Source: an uncultured delta proteobacterium
GTDB taxonomy: Bacteria > Myxococcota > Kuafuiibacteriia > Kuafuiibacteriales > Kuafuiibacteriaceae
NCBI GenBank assembly: GCA_963803435.1
Contig: CAWDML010000001.1
Span: forward strand, 2,432,001-2,496,000
DNA length: 64,000 bases
Reading direction: 5' to 3'
Under the pieces are notes generated by a model, which saw nothing but the letters and a program-made list of their open reading frames with translations, did no database searches and was not told the origin of the DNA. Below are positions 12,243 through 23,700 of this stretch, piece by piece (positions within the stretch are counted from its first letter, which is position 1; the number at the start of each line of letters is the position of its first letter). The position numbers and the translations under genes were made by a program.

Positions 12243-12907
12243 AGCTTCCCGGGACAGCCCTCGTCCTGCCGGCGGTGGTGGCGTCGGCGGCGTGCGCGAC
12301 GGCGAGACCCCTGGTGCCGCTCGGCGAGGGACAGGTCGCGATCGACGGCGCGGCGCCTTCGGTCGTGTTCGCGTCGAGCCCGCCGATCCGCGTGCCGAGC
12401 CCGACCATCGGCGTGCGCTACGGCGTGACCGACACGAGCGAGGTGCGGCTGACGTTTCATCCGCTGCACCTGTTCCTCGAGCACCGCCCGATCCTCGGGC
12501 TGGGCGGGGGCGGCATCTTCCACCTCTCGCCGGCGGACGGATGGGTGCCGGCGCTCCACTTCACCGCCGACCTGACGCTGTTCGTGCCCCTGAAGGGCGG
12601 CGGCGGACCTGCCGCCATCGCGATCGGTGACGCGGCGGTCCTGGTGCACTGGGAGCCGTGGAGGTGGCTGTTCCCGTACCTCGCGTTCGACGCCGCGGCC
12701 GCGAGCCACCAGCGGGAACCGATCACCTCCCTGTATGCGGGGCTCCAGCTGTGGCCTCGGGGCATCCTGGAGTTCTCCCTCGAGCTGGGCTGGTTCGCCT
12801 TCTCCATCCCGCGGGACGAGCTGACGCTGCCGCTGGTGGGGCCGGCGCGCGGCGTCTGGTACGTGGGGTCGGCGATCTCGCTTCGCCTGGGACGGAGGTC
12901 ACCGTGA
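12239..12907 (+). CDS. Hypothetical lipoprotein, possibly outer-membrane beta-barrel
   Basis: SAAC lipobox-like leader, amphipathic beta strands, GTGA overlaps with both neighbours. Confidence 0.65.
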   Translation: MKLPGTALVLPAVVASAACATARPLVPLGEGQVAIDGAAPSVVFASSPPIRVPSPTIGVRYGVTDTSEVRLTFHPLHLFLEHRPILGLGGGGIFHLSPADGWVPALHFTADLTLFVPLKGGGGPAAIAIGDAAVLVHWEPWRWLFPYLAFDAAAASHQREPITSLYAGLQLWPRGILEFSLELGWFAFSIPRDELTLPLVGPARGVWYVGSAISLRLGRRSP

Positions 12908-13701
12908 GATCGATGTTGCTGGTGCTGCTCGGCTGCGCCTCTTGCGTGAACGCGGACCGATTCATCGTCTTCATCCCGAAGCAGGTCGACGCGTACGAGC
13001 TGCCCGACAACCGGATACCGGCCGATCAGCTGGAGGAGATCGAGCTGACGGCCAGCGACGGCACGCGGCTGTTCGCGATGCTCGCCTCGCAGCCGACGCC
13101 GGCGCGGACGATGCTCTTCTGCCACGGACAGGCCGAGAACATCGACGAGGCCTGGGGTCGCACCATGGCGCTGTTCGATCAGGGCTACTCGGTGCTGGTC
13201 CTCGACTATCGCGGATACGGGAAGAGCGACGGTGAGCCGAGCGAGGAGGGGCTCTACCTCGACGCGCAGGCCGCGTTGGACCTCCTGATCGATCGCGGCG
13301 TCACCCGCTCGGATCTGGTGATCGTAGGCTTCTCGATGGGAACCGGCGTGGCGACGGAGCTCGCCTTCACGAACGACGCGGCGGCGCTGGTGCTGGGCGC
13401 GCCGTTCACCTCGATGCGCGAGCTGGTCGAGGGCTCCGCGCCCGGCGGGGTCCCGCACGATTGGATCTCCACGGTCGAGATGGACACGCTCGCGCGGATC
13501 CCGACCATCGGCGAGCCCCTGGTGGTGGCGCACAGCCGGGACGACCCCCGGATCCCGTTCCGCATGGGCCAGCAGGTCTTCCGGAGCGCAGCCGAGCCGA
13601 AGATCTTCCTCTCGTTCGACGATGCAGGTCACGGCGGGTTGATCATCCGGGCGGCACCCGAGATCGGTAGCGCCCTCACGCGTCTGCTCGGCCCCATGTA
13701 G
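12904..13701 (+). CDS. Alpha/beta hydrolase (ABHD13/Bem46-like), exported
   Basis: FCHGQAE, DYRGYGKSDGEPSEEGLYLDA, GFSMGT and AGH; LLGC leader. Confidence 0.9.
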   Translation: MRSMLLVLLGCASCVNADRFIVFIPKQVDAYELPDNRIPADQLEEIELTASDGTRLFAMLASQPTPARTMLFCHGQAENIDEAWGRTMALFDQGYSVLVLDYRGYGKSDGEPSEEGLYLDAQAALDLLIDRGVTRSDLVIVGFSMGTGVATELAFTNDAAALVLGAPFTSMRELVEGSAPGGVPHDWISTVEMDTLARIPTIGEPLVVAHSRDDPRIPFRMGQQVFRSAAEPKIFLSFDDAGHGGLIIRAAPEIGSALTRLLGPM

Positions 13702-13753
13702 GAGGTCGGGAGCTACCAAAGCGGGCTGCGCTTGCTTCAAGCTCGATGGGCCA

Positions 13754-14719
13754 ATGGATCTGTCGCGCATGCTCGCCAAGTGCGTCCGCGATCAGTGGTC
13801 GATCAGCGATCTCGACTTCGACCGTCCTCCCCGGCCGATGAGCCGAGCGGACGAGATCTCGGTCTGCCAGTATTTCACCAACATGGCCGGAATCGAGCGT
13901 CTGGCCGGAGCGCTGTTCCGCGAGCAACGGCTGCGCGCGAAGATGCCTGCGCTCCGGGAGATCTTTCGGACGTTCGAGATCGACGAGCTCCGCCACTCGC
14001 ACGTGGCGCGGCTGCTCTCCGATCACTACGACGTGCATCATTACCGCGACTACCAACCCGATCCGCACCTGGTGAAGTTCGCGCCTGCGTTCGTGAACGC
14101 GATCCGCTATCTGACACCCGAGGTCGCGAACACGTACATCACGTGTGGCGAGATCATCCTCGATGTGGCCCTCCTCCGCTCGCTGAACGACTTCGTCAAC
14201 GACCCGTTGAGCGATCGAGCCATGGGCTTGATCAACCGCGACGAGTCGCGACACATCGCCGTCGACTTCCACATGATCGACTACTACTCCTCGGAGTCGT
14301 ATCTGGACGACCTGAAGCGGCTACCGCGGTTGTCGATCCGGCACCGCGCCGAGGGCTGGGCAGCGCTCGCCCGCATGCTCTTCCACGCACGCCCGTTCCT
14401 GAAGGCCGTGTTCTTCGAGCCCATGGATCTGGTCGATCCCACCGGGCGCCGTCTCAAGGAGGCGTTCAAGCGGATCCAGCTCATCGGCACCAAGCCGCGT
14501 GTGCGGAAGCGCCCGTTCGTGCGGTTCATGCTCGCCATGCAGGAGCTCTTCAACACGCCCATGGTCGGGATCGTATTCGGGCGCGCGCTGATCCGGGTGG
14601 TGGGCGTCGACCCCCGGGTCATGCGGACGCTCTACGACGACGACGAGAAGCACCGCGCCCAGGCCGCCAGCTTCGACGCCCTCGCGGAGGAGACGCTCCA
14701 GCTCAAATATCAGTGCTGA
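13754..14719 (+). CDS. Ferritin-like di-iron protein (acyl-ACP desaturase/AurF-like superfamily)
   Basis: Paired DExxH motifs DELRH and DESRH with upstream Glu residues; N-terminal QWS..D.D. Confidence 0.8.
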   Translation: MDLSRMLAKCVRDQWSISDLDFDRPPRPMSRADEISVCQYFTNMAGIERLAGALFREQRLRAKMPALREIFRTFEIDELRHSHVARLLSDHYDVHHYRDYQPDPHLVKFAPAFVNAIRYLTPEVANTYITCGEIILDVALLRSLNDFVNDPLSDRAMGLINRDESRHIAVDFHMIDYYSSESYLDDLKRLPRLSIRHRAEGWAALARMLFHARPFLKAVFFEPMDLVDPTGRRLKEAFKRIQLIGTKPRVRKRPFVRFMLAMQELFNTPMVGIVFGRALIRVVGVDPRVMRTLYDDDEKHRAQAASFDALAEETLQLKYQC

Positions 14720-14747
14720 CCGCCATGGCGAAACGCAGCACCGCCGC

Positions 14748-14763
14748 CGGCACATGGGTTGCA
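14748..14763 (+). promoter_or_regulatory. Putative sigma54 (-24/-12) promoter
   Basis: CGGCAC-ATGGG-TTGCA with exact GG-N10-GC spacing, intergenic upstream of kinase ATG 14786. Confidence 0.5.
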
Positions 14764-14785
14764 CGCGTCTTCGGTAGGTCGAGCC

Positions 14786-15820
14786 ATGGATGGGAGACGG
14801 AACGTCGGGTGGAACCAAGGCCTCACGGGAACGCTGATCGAGGGGCGCTATCAGGTGCTGAAGCGCCTCGGGGCGGGGGGGATGGGCACCGTCTACGCGG
14901 CCCGCGACCTGACGCTGGAGCGGGACGTGGCGATCAAGATCGGCCGCCCCGGCGCCAGCACGATCGAGGTCGAACGCTTCCTGCGCGAGGGTCGGATGGT
15001 GGCGCGCCTCGATCACGCCAACATCGTCAGGGTCTTCAATCTGGGACGGCTGCCCGGCGGGCGGCCGTACATGGTGATGGAGCTGCTCGAGGGCCGGACC
15101 TTCGGCGAGGTCTTCCGCGAGGGTCCGGTGGAGCTGAGCCGGATCATCGATCGCCTCTGGGAGATCGGGACCGCGCTCGACTTCATCCACGCGCGCGGCG
15201 TCGTTCACCGTGATCTCAAGCTCGACAACCTGATGCTGGTCCGCCGCAGCGACGGCCGCGAGGTCGCGAAGGTCTTCGACTTCGGGATCGCCGTCGATCG
15301 AAACGACACCGCCGGGAGGCTCACGCGCGACGGGAGCATCATGGGCACGCCGCTCTACATCGCGCCCGAGCTCGTCGAGACGGACCGGCTGGGGCCCAGC
15401 ACCGACATCTATGCGTTCGGCGTGGTCATCTATCAGCTCCTCACCGCGGTTCCGCCGTTCGAGGCGCGCTCGCCGATCGAGCTGCTCCGGCTCAAGGTGG
15501 ATCGCGCAGCGCCGCTGGTGTCGTCGCAGCGGCGCGGCATCACCCGCGACCTCGACGCGGTGGTCGCCCGCGCCCTGGCCCGTCGTCCGGAGGACCGCTA
15601 CCCCACGGCCGGCGAGCTGGTGCGCGGCCTGGCCCGCGCCCTCCCGCTGCGAACGCCCGAGCCCGCCCGTCCCAACCGCCAGCTGGCGATCGCCGGTTCG
15701 GTGGCGTTCATCCTGGCGGCGCTGATCAGCGGCTACGCGACGCTGGCGGCGCACCACATCGAGGCGCGATCGGTCGCCGCCTCCGGCACCGAGGTCGCGA
15801 TGGGCCGAGACCCGAACTGA
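14786..15820 (+). CDS. Ser/Thr protein kinase with C-terminal TM
   Basis: GAGGMGTVY, VAIK, HRDLKLDN, DFG, YIAPE; hydrophobic segment near the C-terminus. Confidence 0.93.
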   Translation: MDGRRNVGWNQGLTGTLIEGRYQVLKRLGAGGMGTVYAARDLTLERDVAIKIGRPGASTIEVERFLREGRMVARLDHANIVRVFNLGRLPGGRPYMVMELLEGRTFGEVFREGPVELSRIIDRLWEIGTALDFIHARGVVHRDLKLDNLMLVRRSDGREVAKVFDFGIAVDRNDTAGRLTRDGSIMGTPLYIAPELVETDRLGPSTDIYAFGVVIYQLLTAVPPFEARSPIELLRLKVDRAAPLVSSQRRGITRDLDAVVARALARRPEDRYPTAGELVRGLARALPLRTPEPARPNRQLAIAGSVAFILAALISGYATLAAHHIEARSVAASGTEVAMGRDPN

Positions 15821-15823
15821 GCG

Positions 15824-17292
15824 TCAGGCCCGAAGATAGCGGTAGTACTCGATCCCGGTCTCGTCGAAGTCGTTGGACCGATCGCCGACGCGGTCGATCA
15901 CGAACTCCTCCTCGGCCAGCTCGGGAAGGTCGGCGCGGCGGCCGCCGTGGAGCGCATCGTACTGCGCCTCCGTCAGGTCGACCGCGCCCTCGAAGCTGGC
16001 CGCGAATCCGATCCGCCGCGCCGCGCTCCGCCAGCCCGGACGGACGCGCATCGGGATCGCCTCGGCCGCGTCGCCACTGCCGTACCCGATCGCCAGGAGC
16101 GGCTGACCTTCGAGGGCCGCGCCCTCCTCCGCAGCGTGCTCCATGCCGGCGGCCAGCCACCCGGGAAGCGCGGCCGTGTACAGATTGCCGACGTCCTTCA
16201 TCAGCTCGGCGCCGAGCCGCATCTTGGAGCCGACGATCTCCTCATAGACCGGCGAGGTCCTGAAGGCGCGCAGCACCTCCATGCCGAGCGGATAGACCTC
16301 GTCGTTCATGCGGCGCTCCTCGACCAGCGTGAACAGACGGGGCGACGACTCCATCTCCTCGGTCAGCGCCGCCAGCGAGACCTTGGCGAGGTCGGCGTAG
16401 GCCGCCAGCTCGGCGCGATCCTCGGCGCTTCCGTGGGCCAGGCCGAACAGGTAGCCGAGCGCCCAGCCGGTCTCGGGCATGCGCGCGTAGGGGCGGTGCA
16501 TGAAGGCGGCGGCGAGGTCACGGAAGTAGTCGCCGCGCGAGGCGCCGTTCTTGGTGAACATGTCGTCGAGTGCAGCCAGGACCTGATCCACGTAGCAGGT
16601 CGTCGAGTACTTGCCGTTGAACACGGGGAAGTCGCGCAGGTGGCCGGACTCCGGCGGCGACTGGTGTGTGTAGCGGATGAACGGCTTGCGGAAGTCCGGC
16701 CCGCGATAGTCGGAGGCGCTGCCGGCGTGGACCAGATCGAGCTCCAGCAGCCGGGCCTCGCCGTCGAGCAGCATCGCCACCGCGCCCGCGCCCTGCGTGG
16801 GCTCGCCGGTCGAGCCTCGCTCGTACTCCGCGATGTCGGAGCAGACCACGATCGCCTTCTTGTTCCGGCCGTCGAGCGCGAGATAGCGCGCGGCCGCCTT
16901 CATCGCGTAGACCCCGCCGAGGCACGCATGCTTGAACTCGGGGACCTCGCAGCTGCGGTTGAGCTCCGGCTGGCCTTCCTCGCGAAGCGCGGAGTCGACC
17001 ATGCCCTTCACGATCACGGCGCCGGCCGAGTTGTCGGTGCTCGACTCGGTCCCGAGCGCGAGATAGCCGATCGAGCGCGGGTCGACGTCGTTCTGACGGA
17101 TCAGCCGGAGGACCGCGCTCGCCGCCATCGTGTAGACGTTCTGGCGCGGGCCCCGCATGCGGAAGCTGCTGCCGACGACCGCGCGGATCTTGTCGGCCAG
17201 GGCTGCCCCGTCCACTCGCACCAGCGCTCGAGCTGGACCCGGTAGGGTGGAAGGTAAGTTGCGAATCCACTGATACCCAGGGTTTGTGACAT
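15824..17292 (-). CDS. mvaS: Hydroxymethylglutaryl-CoA synthase, frameshift at ~17195
   Basis: N-terminus MSQTLGISGFATYLPPYRV in one frame; GTESSTD, EFKHAC, SDIAEY, GEPTQGAGAVA, DFRKP, GNLYT and YGSG in the next. Confidence 0.88.
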
Positions 17293-17353
17293 CTCGCGGC
17301 GGTGCGTACGCCAAAACGCGCGGAAAGGTCCATCAAAAGCTACATTCGAATTC

Positions 17354-19059
17354 GTGGCTCCGAGCGACCGGCTCGACGCGCTGGTGCGGCTCCAGAAGCG
17401 CCGGCTCGCGCTCGCGATTCACGACGCCAGCTTCCCCGCCGATGCCGACGAAAACGTCGGGCGTGGCTCACCGTACGATCGGGGCGCGCTGCGCTTTCTC
17501 GAGCGTATGAGGACGCTCGGCTTCAACGCGATCCAGCTGGGGCCGCAGGGGCAGACCTCGCGCGACAATCGCTCTCCGTACGACAGCACCGCGTTCTCTC
17601 GAAGCTGGATGTCGATCGCGCTTGGACCGCTGGTCGAGCGCGGTTGGCTTCCGCGTGAGACCCTCGACTCCGCGGTCGAGCACGCCCAAGGGGACACTCC
17701 CCATGCGAACGTCTACGACGAGATCCGAGCGGCGCTGGAGACCGTCTACCGTCGGGCCTCGAGCGAGGTTGCAAGCGAGCTTGCAGAGTATCGCTCGCGC
17801 CACCGGTCCTGGCTCGAGCCCGACGGCCTCTACGACGCGATCGAGTCGCTCCAGGGCGGGAGACACTGGCGCGACTGGCCGGAGCCGCTCCAGCGCTGTC
17901 GGCCGATGCCAGAGCACGAGCTGGCGGTCGACCGCTGGGCGCTCTGGCAGATGATCGCAGAAGCGCAGCACCGGGCGCTCTTCGACGCGTGTCGACGGAT
18001 CGGGCTCGCGCTCTTCGGCGATCTCCAGGTGGGCTGGGCCGCGCGTGACGTCTGGCGGGCGCGCGCGCTGTTCCTCGAGCCGTGGCGCATGGGCGCACCG
18101 CCGAGCCGCACCAACCCGGAGGGTCAGGCCTGGGGCTATCCGGTCCTCGATCCCGACCGCTACGACGAGGGCGGGCTCGCGCTGTTGACGTCGCGCATCG
18201 AGCGGATGAGCTGGGCATACGACGCGATCCGGATCGATCATCCGCACGGCCTCGTCTGTCCGTGGGTGTACACGGACGACGTCGTCGCCGGAGGGCGCCT
18301 GTTCGGCTCACCGGAGCGCCCGGACCTGGCGCACCACGCCATCACGCGGATCGATCAGCTCGATCTCGAGGTCGTCCCCTGGGCCGACGGCCGCGAGCGC
18401 GGGCTCGACGCGTCGCAGATGATCGGTACTCGCGGCTATTCGACGCCGTCGCCGAGCACTGCGACGCGCTGGTCTGCGAGGTGCTGAGCACGCAGCCCCG
18501 ACCGCTCGCCGAGGTGATGGCGCGCCACCACCTGGGCCGCTTCCGCGTGACGCAGAAGGCGAACCTCGACGATCCGTCCGACGTCTACCGGAGCGAGAAC
18601 GCCAGGCCCGAGGACTGGATCATGGTCGGAACGCACGACACGCAGCCGATCTGGCTGCTCGCCCGCGACTGGGAGACCCGCGGGTTGGCCAAGGCCCAGG
18701 CCGACTACCTCGCGCGCCGCCTGCGCCCCCGCGCCGAGCCGGTCGAGCTCGAGCGCTTCGCCGCCGAGCTCGCGAGCGATCGGAGGAAGCTGGTGCACGC
18801 CAAGGTGGCCGACCTCTTCGTCAGCGAGGCCGAGAACGTGATGATCTTCTTCGCGGACCTCTTTGGGCTCGAGGAGATCTACAACCGCCCCGGCGTGGTC
18901 GATGAGAGGAACTGGACCCTGCGCGTAACGGACTGGGTACCTGCGCTCGATCTGGACGCCGTGCTCTGGCTGGCGCTCGAGACGCGCGGTCTGACGAGCC
19001 ACGGCCTCGCGGAGCGATTGCGCCCGGCCTGGTGGTCCTGGCCGTCATCGGCGACGTGA
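17354..19059 (+). CDS. malQ: 4-alpha-glucanotransferase (GH77), frameshift at ~18420
   Basis: [22 protein letters not shown] and IRIDH in frame 1; CEVL, GTHDT and YNRPG..NW.LR in frame 2. Inserting C at 18420/21 (GATCGATC) joins them. Confidence 0.88.
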
Positions 19060-19121
19060 AGTCGCCTTCCCGTCTACGCGTCGCGCTCGGTGCTTCGTGA
19101 TTCCAGAGGCGGATCGGTCGG

Positions 19122-20705
19122 CTACGCCGGAGCGGCGGCGAAGCTCCGCGGGTCCGCGCTCGCCCAGGACCGGGCGTAGCTGTCCGGCACCTCGCGTCCC
19201 AAGAGCGCCCGATCCTCGAGGTACGGATACAGCTCCGCGTAGTTCCGGATCTCCGTGGGAGTGACCCGGCGGAGGATGTGCCAGCGGCGCAGCTTGCTCG
19301 GGTGGTCCAGCCCGGCGGCGCCGATGAGCTCGAGCAGACTGCTGACGGTCTCCTTCTGAAAACGAGCGACGCGCGGCGCCTTGTCCTCGACGACCAAGCC
19401 CGCCATCAGCTCGGGGCGTTGGGTGGCGACGCCGGTGGGACAGTCGTTGTTGTTGCAGCGCCGCGCCTGGATGCATCCGAGCGCCAGCATCATGGCGCGC
19501 GCGGAGTAGCAGGCGTCGGCGCCGAGGGCGATCGCGCGGGCCATGCTGAAGCCCGTCAAGATCTTTCCGGACGCGAACACGCGCACCCGATCGCGATACC
19601 CGATCCCGCGGAGCGCGTCGTCGACCAGGATCAGGCCTTCGGTAAGCGGACAGCCGAGCGTGTTCGAGAACTCGAGCGGCGCTGCGCCGGTCCCACCCTC
19701 ACCGCCGTCGACCGCGATGTAGTCGGGGTGGAGGCCGCTCTCGTGGATCGCCTTCATGATCGCGAGGAGCTCGCGGCGCTTGCCGACGCACAGCTTGAAG
19801 CCGACCGGCTTGCCGCCCGAGAGCTCGCGCAGCTCCGCAACCAGCTCGAGGAGCCCGAGCGGAGTGGAGAAGGCGCCGTGCGCGGGTGGTGAGATGACGT
19901 CGTGCCCGAGCGGCACGCCGCGGATCTTCGCGATCTCGGGCGTGAGCTTCCGCGCGGGCAGGATCCCGCCGTGCCCGGGCTTCGCGCCCTGCGAAAGCTT
20001 CACCTCGATCATCTTCACCTGCTCGCGCGAGGCGTTCTCGACGAAGCGCTCGCGATCGAAGGCGCCGTCGGAGGCGCGGCAGCCGAAGTAGCCGGTGCCG
20101 ACCTGCCAGATCAGATCGCCGCCCATCAGGTGGTGCTCACTGATCCCGCCCTCGCCGGTGTTGTGGGCGAAGCCGCCGGCCTTCGCGCCCAGGTTCAGCG
20201 CTCGCACCGCGTTTCCGCCCAGCGAGCCGAAGCTCATCGCCGAGACGTTGAGGAGCGATGCCGCGTACGGTTGCTTGCAGGTGGTCTCGCCGATCAGGAT
20301 CCGCGGCACTTCATCGATCGCGACCGGAGCGAGCGAGTGGTTCATCCACTCGTACCCGACCCGATACACGTCGAGCTGTGTGCCGAACGGGACGGTGTCG
20401 AGCTCCCCCTTGGCGCGCTGGTAGACCAGAGACCGATCCTCCCGCGAGAACGGCTTGCCGTCCGTGTTCGACTCGACGAAGTACTGGTTGATCTCCGGAC
20501 GGAGCATCTCCATCAGGTACCGCCCGTGTCCGATCACCGGGAAGTTCCTGCGGATGGCGTGCTTCTTCTGGACCATGTCCCAGAAGCCGACCAGCCCCAC
20601 CGGGACGATCACCAGGAACAGGACCGCAGCCTCGCGCGTGAAGTAGGTTCCGAGAGAAGCCAGCGAGCCCGCGATCGCGAGGCAAAGGACGAAGATCCTT
20701 CTCAT
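19122..20705 (-). CDS. FMN-binding glutamate synthase family protein (membrane-anchored, YerD-like)
   Basis: N-terminal TMs, SAMSFGSL, NTGEGG, EVKLSQGAKPGHGG, DGGEGGTGAAP and [3Fe-4S] motif CIQARRCNNNDCPTGVATQ. Confidence 0.93.
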   Translation of the reverse strand: MRRIFVLCLAIAGSLASLGTYFTREAAVLFLVIVPVGLVGFWDMVQKKHAIRRNFPVIGHGRYLMEMLRPEINQYFVESNTDGKPFSREDRSLVYQRAKGELDTVPFGTQLDVYRVGYEWMNHSLAPVAIDEVPRILIGETTCKQPYAASLLNVSAMSFGSLGGNAVRALNLGAKAGGFAHNTGEGGISEHHLMGGDLIWQVGTGYFGCRASDGAFDRERFVENASREQVKMIEVKLSQGAKPGHGGILPARKLTPEIAKIRGVPLGHDVISPPAHGAFSTPLGLLELVAELRELSGGKPVGFKLCVGKRRELLAIMKAIHESGLHPDYIAVDGGEGGTGAAPLEFSNTLGCPLTEGLILVDDALRGIGYRDRVRVFASGKILTGFSMARAIALGADACYSARAMMLALGCIQARRCNNNDCPTGVATQRPELMAGLVVEDKAPRVARFQKETVSSLLELIGAAGLDHPSKLRRWHILRRVTPTEIRNYAELYPYLEDRALLGREVPDSYARSWASADPRSFAAAPA

Positions 20706-20780
20706 CTGCGCGCGCGAGTCTATCTCCCAAGTCTGGAGATCTGGAAAGTGGACGCTCCGAATGTGGTACCCTGTCGGCGC

Positions 20781-23700
20781 GTGGCCGCGCGAACGTCCTT
20801 GATGCTCCTGCTCCTCGGCGGATGCGCGAACGGCGCCGGGATGTATCGTGCGGGTCAGCAGGCCTACGCGAGCGGACAGCTCGAAGAGGCCCGCGCGGCC
20901 TACGAGGAGGCGGTGCGCGCAGAGCCCAAGAACGCTCAGTATCGTCACGCGCTCGACGCGGTCACCGGTGAGCTGACCTCGAGCCTCGAGGCGCAGGCGA
21001 ACGCCAGCGAGCAGCGGCACGAGTGGCTGGCCGCGTCCCGCAGCTGGGCTCAGGCCGCCGAGCTGGTACCGGAGAAAGAGGACTACGCGGTGCGCCGCGA
21101 TCTCACGCTCCTCAAGTCACAGGACCTCGATCCCGACGCCTGGTTCCACGGAGTGAGCGAGGTCGCCGCGCACCACCCGAAGCACGAGATCGTGCGGCGC
21201 ACGCTCGAGAAGGCCGAGAAGCAGGCGTACCTGTTCCAGGTCGGGTTGGCCAAGCGCGAGATCGGGCTGCGCCACTATGCCAAGGCCGTCGAGCACCTCG
21301 ACGCGGCGCTGAGGATCGATCCCCAGCACCCCGGCCTCTCCGACGCCGATCTCAACCGAGCGCACGCGCTCGCGCTGGTCGAAGAGGGCGATGCGCTGGT
21401 GGAGCAGGACAACCCGGTCGCGGCGGCCGAGCGCTTCCAGAGCGCCTATGCGCTGATGCCGGCGGCCAGCATCAAGCGCAAGCTCGAGCGGACCCGGTCC
21501 CGGGCGCGCGAGCTGATCGGGACGCTGGAGGCGGCCCGCAAGCACGCGGCCCGCGGCAACTACGCCACCGCCGTCAAGCTGTACTCGAAGCTGGTGCGGA
21601 TGGAGGGCGCGCCGCCCGAGGCGGTCAAGGAGCTGTCCGAGCTCGAGCGGAAGATCATCGCGGACGTGGCGGCCGCCGCGAAGGGTGCGGTCGACCGCGG
21701 CGACCTGCGCGCGGCCCACGACTACCTGGCGCGCGGCCTCGCCCAGCTCCACCTCGGCCGTGAGTCGCGGTCGCTGGCCAAGGCCGGCCTCGATCGGATC
21801 GAGCGCGGCGAGCCCGCCACCGGTCTGGAGACGATCGAGAAGGCGAAGATCCCCGAGTCGGGGGCGTCGCTCTCGGCGGCGATCAGCGCCTACGCGCTGG
21901 CGGTGGCGAAGACGCGCGCGGCCGAGCTGGGCGAGGTGGCCAAGCGCGATCCGGCAGCGGCCCGCCGCCTCGCGGAGGAGCTGGAGCCTTTCCGCAGCTC
22001 GATCCCGGAGATCGGGGAGCTCGATCGAACGCTGCAGCTGGGGACGTTCATCGCCGAGATCGATTCGGGCGACCGAGTCGGCCCGACGTGGAGACGATTG
22101 AGCCGCGGCCGAGGCCCTGATGAAGGCGCTCGCGATGAGCCAAGCGCCGCAGGAGATCCGCGATCCGATCCGGAGCGGCTGCCAGGCGCTCGCCAAGCAG
22201 AGCTACGCCGAGTCGGAGCGGGCGTTCCTCGAGGTGAAGGCGCGCGAGCCTCGCTCGCGGCTCGCGAACGCCGGGGTCGAGATCGCACGGATCCGTCGCG
22301 AGGAGGTCGAGCAGCGAGCGCTGGCGGCGCTGGAGAAGGACGACGGAGGCGCGGCGCGGGCGGTCAGCGTCCTCGAGTCGTCGGTCGGGCTCGAGCCCGA
22401 GTCTCCCTACCTGATCAAAGCTCGCGAGACGCTGCTGGCCCGGCTGACCCCCAGCGTCAGCGACCGGCAGGCGGCCGAGCTCATCGGGCTGGCAGCGCGG
22501 CTGAGCGGGCTCGCGCCCTCGGCGCTGGCGGCCCTCTCGGAGGGCGCGAAGCAGCTCGAGAGCGGCGCCTACCAGCGCTCGGAGCGCGCCTTCGCCACCG
22601 CGCTCGAACACGCGCCTGAGGCGAAGGTCGCCGCCCGCGGTCTCGAGCTCACCGCCGCGCGCCGATCGCGGGAGGTCGAGGTGGCCCGCTCGGCCCAGCA
22701 GGCCGAGGCCGACGCGATCCGGAAGCGGATCGCCGAGGCCGACGCCAAGGTCGAGAGCAAGGACTGGAACGGCGCGCTGGCGATGTACGAGCGGATCGCG
22801 CGCGAGCCGGGTGCACCCCCGCTCGAGGCCAAGATCGCCGCCGCCGAGGCGGGCATGATCGCGGAGGTGCTCGAACGGGCGGACCGTGCCTCGGAGCACG
22901 GGCAGTGGGAGCCCGCCCAGAGAGCCCTCACCGAGGCGCTCGAGCGCCTGCATGCGGACGAGGCAGCCAAGGCGAAGGCGAAGAGCGGCCTCGATCGGAT
23001 CGCGGGCGGGTCGCCAGGCCAAGGCATCCAGCACGTGCGCGGGGCCGGGCTGACCTCAGCGCCCTTCCTCGCAAGCGTGGAGCGCTTCGCCGCGATGATG
23101 GCCGAGGCCCAGCTCGAGGCGGCCCGCAAGATCGCGGACAAGGATCCGAATCGCGCCTCCGAGATATTGCGCGAGCTCTCCCCCTTCGAGGCGAGCCTCG
23201 CGGGCATCCGCGAGCTGCGGAAGAAGCTCAAGGTCGACGTCTTCACCCAGAAGCTCGAGCGGGCACAGCTGGCGGCCGAGGCGGACAACAGGTCGGAGGC
23301 CGTGCGCGTCCTGGAGGACGCGGTCGACGCGGGCAAGGCGCCCCCGGCGCTCAAGCGCGGTGTGCTGGCCGGTTGCGCCGCGTTGAAGCAGGAGCAGTGG
23401 ATCGAGGCGGAGAAGGCGTTCAGCGACGCGCTGGGGGCGTCGCCGGAGTCGAGGATCGCGGACTACGCGCTCGACGTCGCCCGCACGTTCCGCCGGCGGG
23501 CCGAGACCCGCGCGCTCGACACCATCCGCAGGGACAAGCCAGGCGTGAGCGAAGCTGTGGCCGTGCTGGCGGCGTCGCGCGAGATCGAACCTGCCGATCC
23601 GGTGCGGGCCGACGCCGCCAAGGTCCTGCTCGATCGGCTCAAGCGGACCAAGCGTCTCTCCAACGGCGGTGCGGCCGAGCTGATCGGCCTGATCGCCCGG

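Noticed and set aside
22099-22101. In-frame TGA as selenocysteine or stop-codon recoding
   Set aside because: It is in a non-redox helical protein, TGA is a normal stop for many genes here, and restoring GATC gives CGA (Arg).
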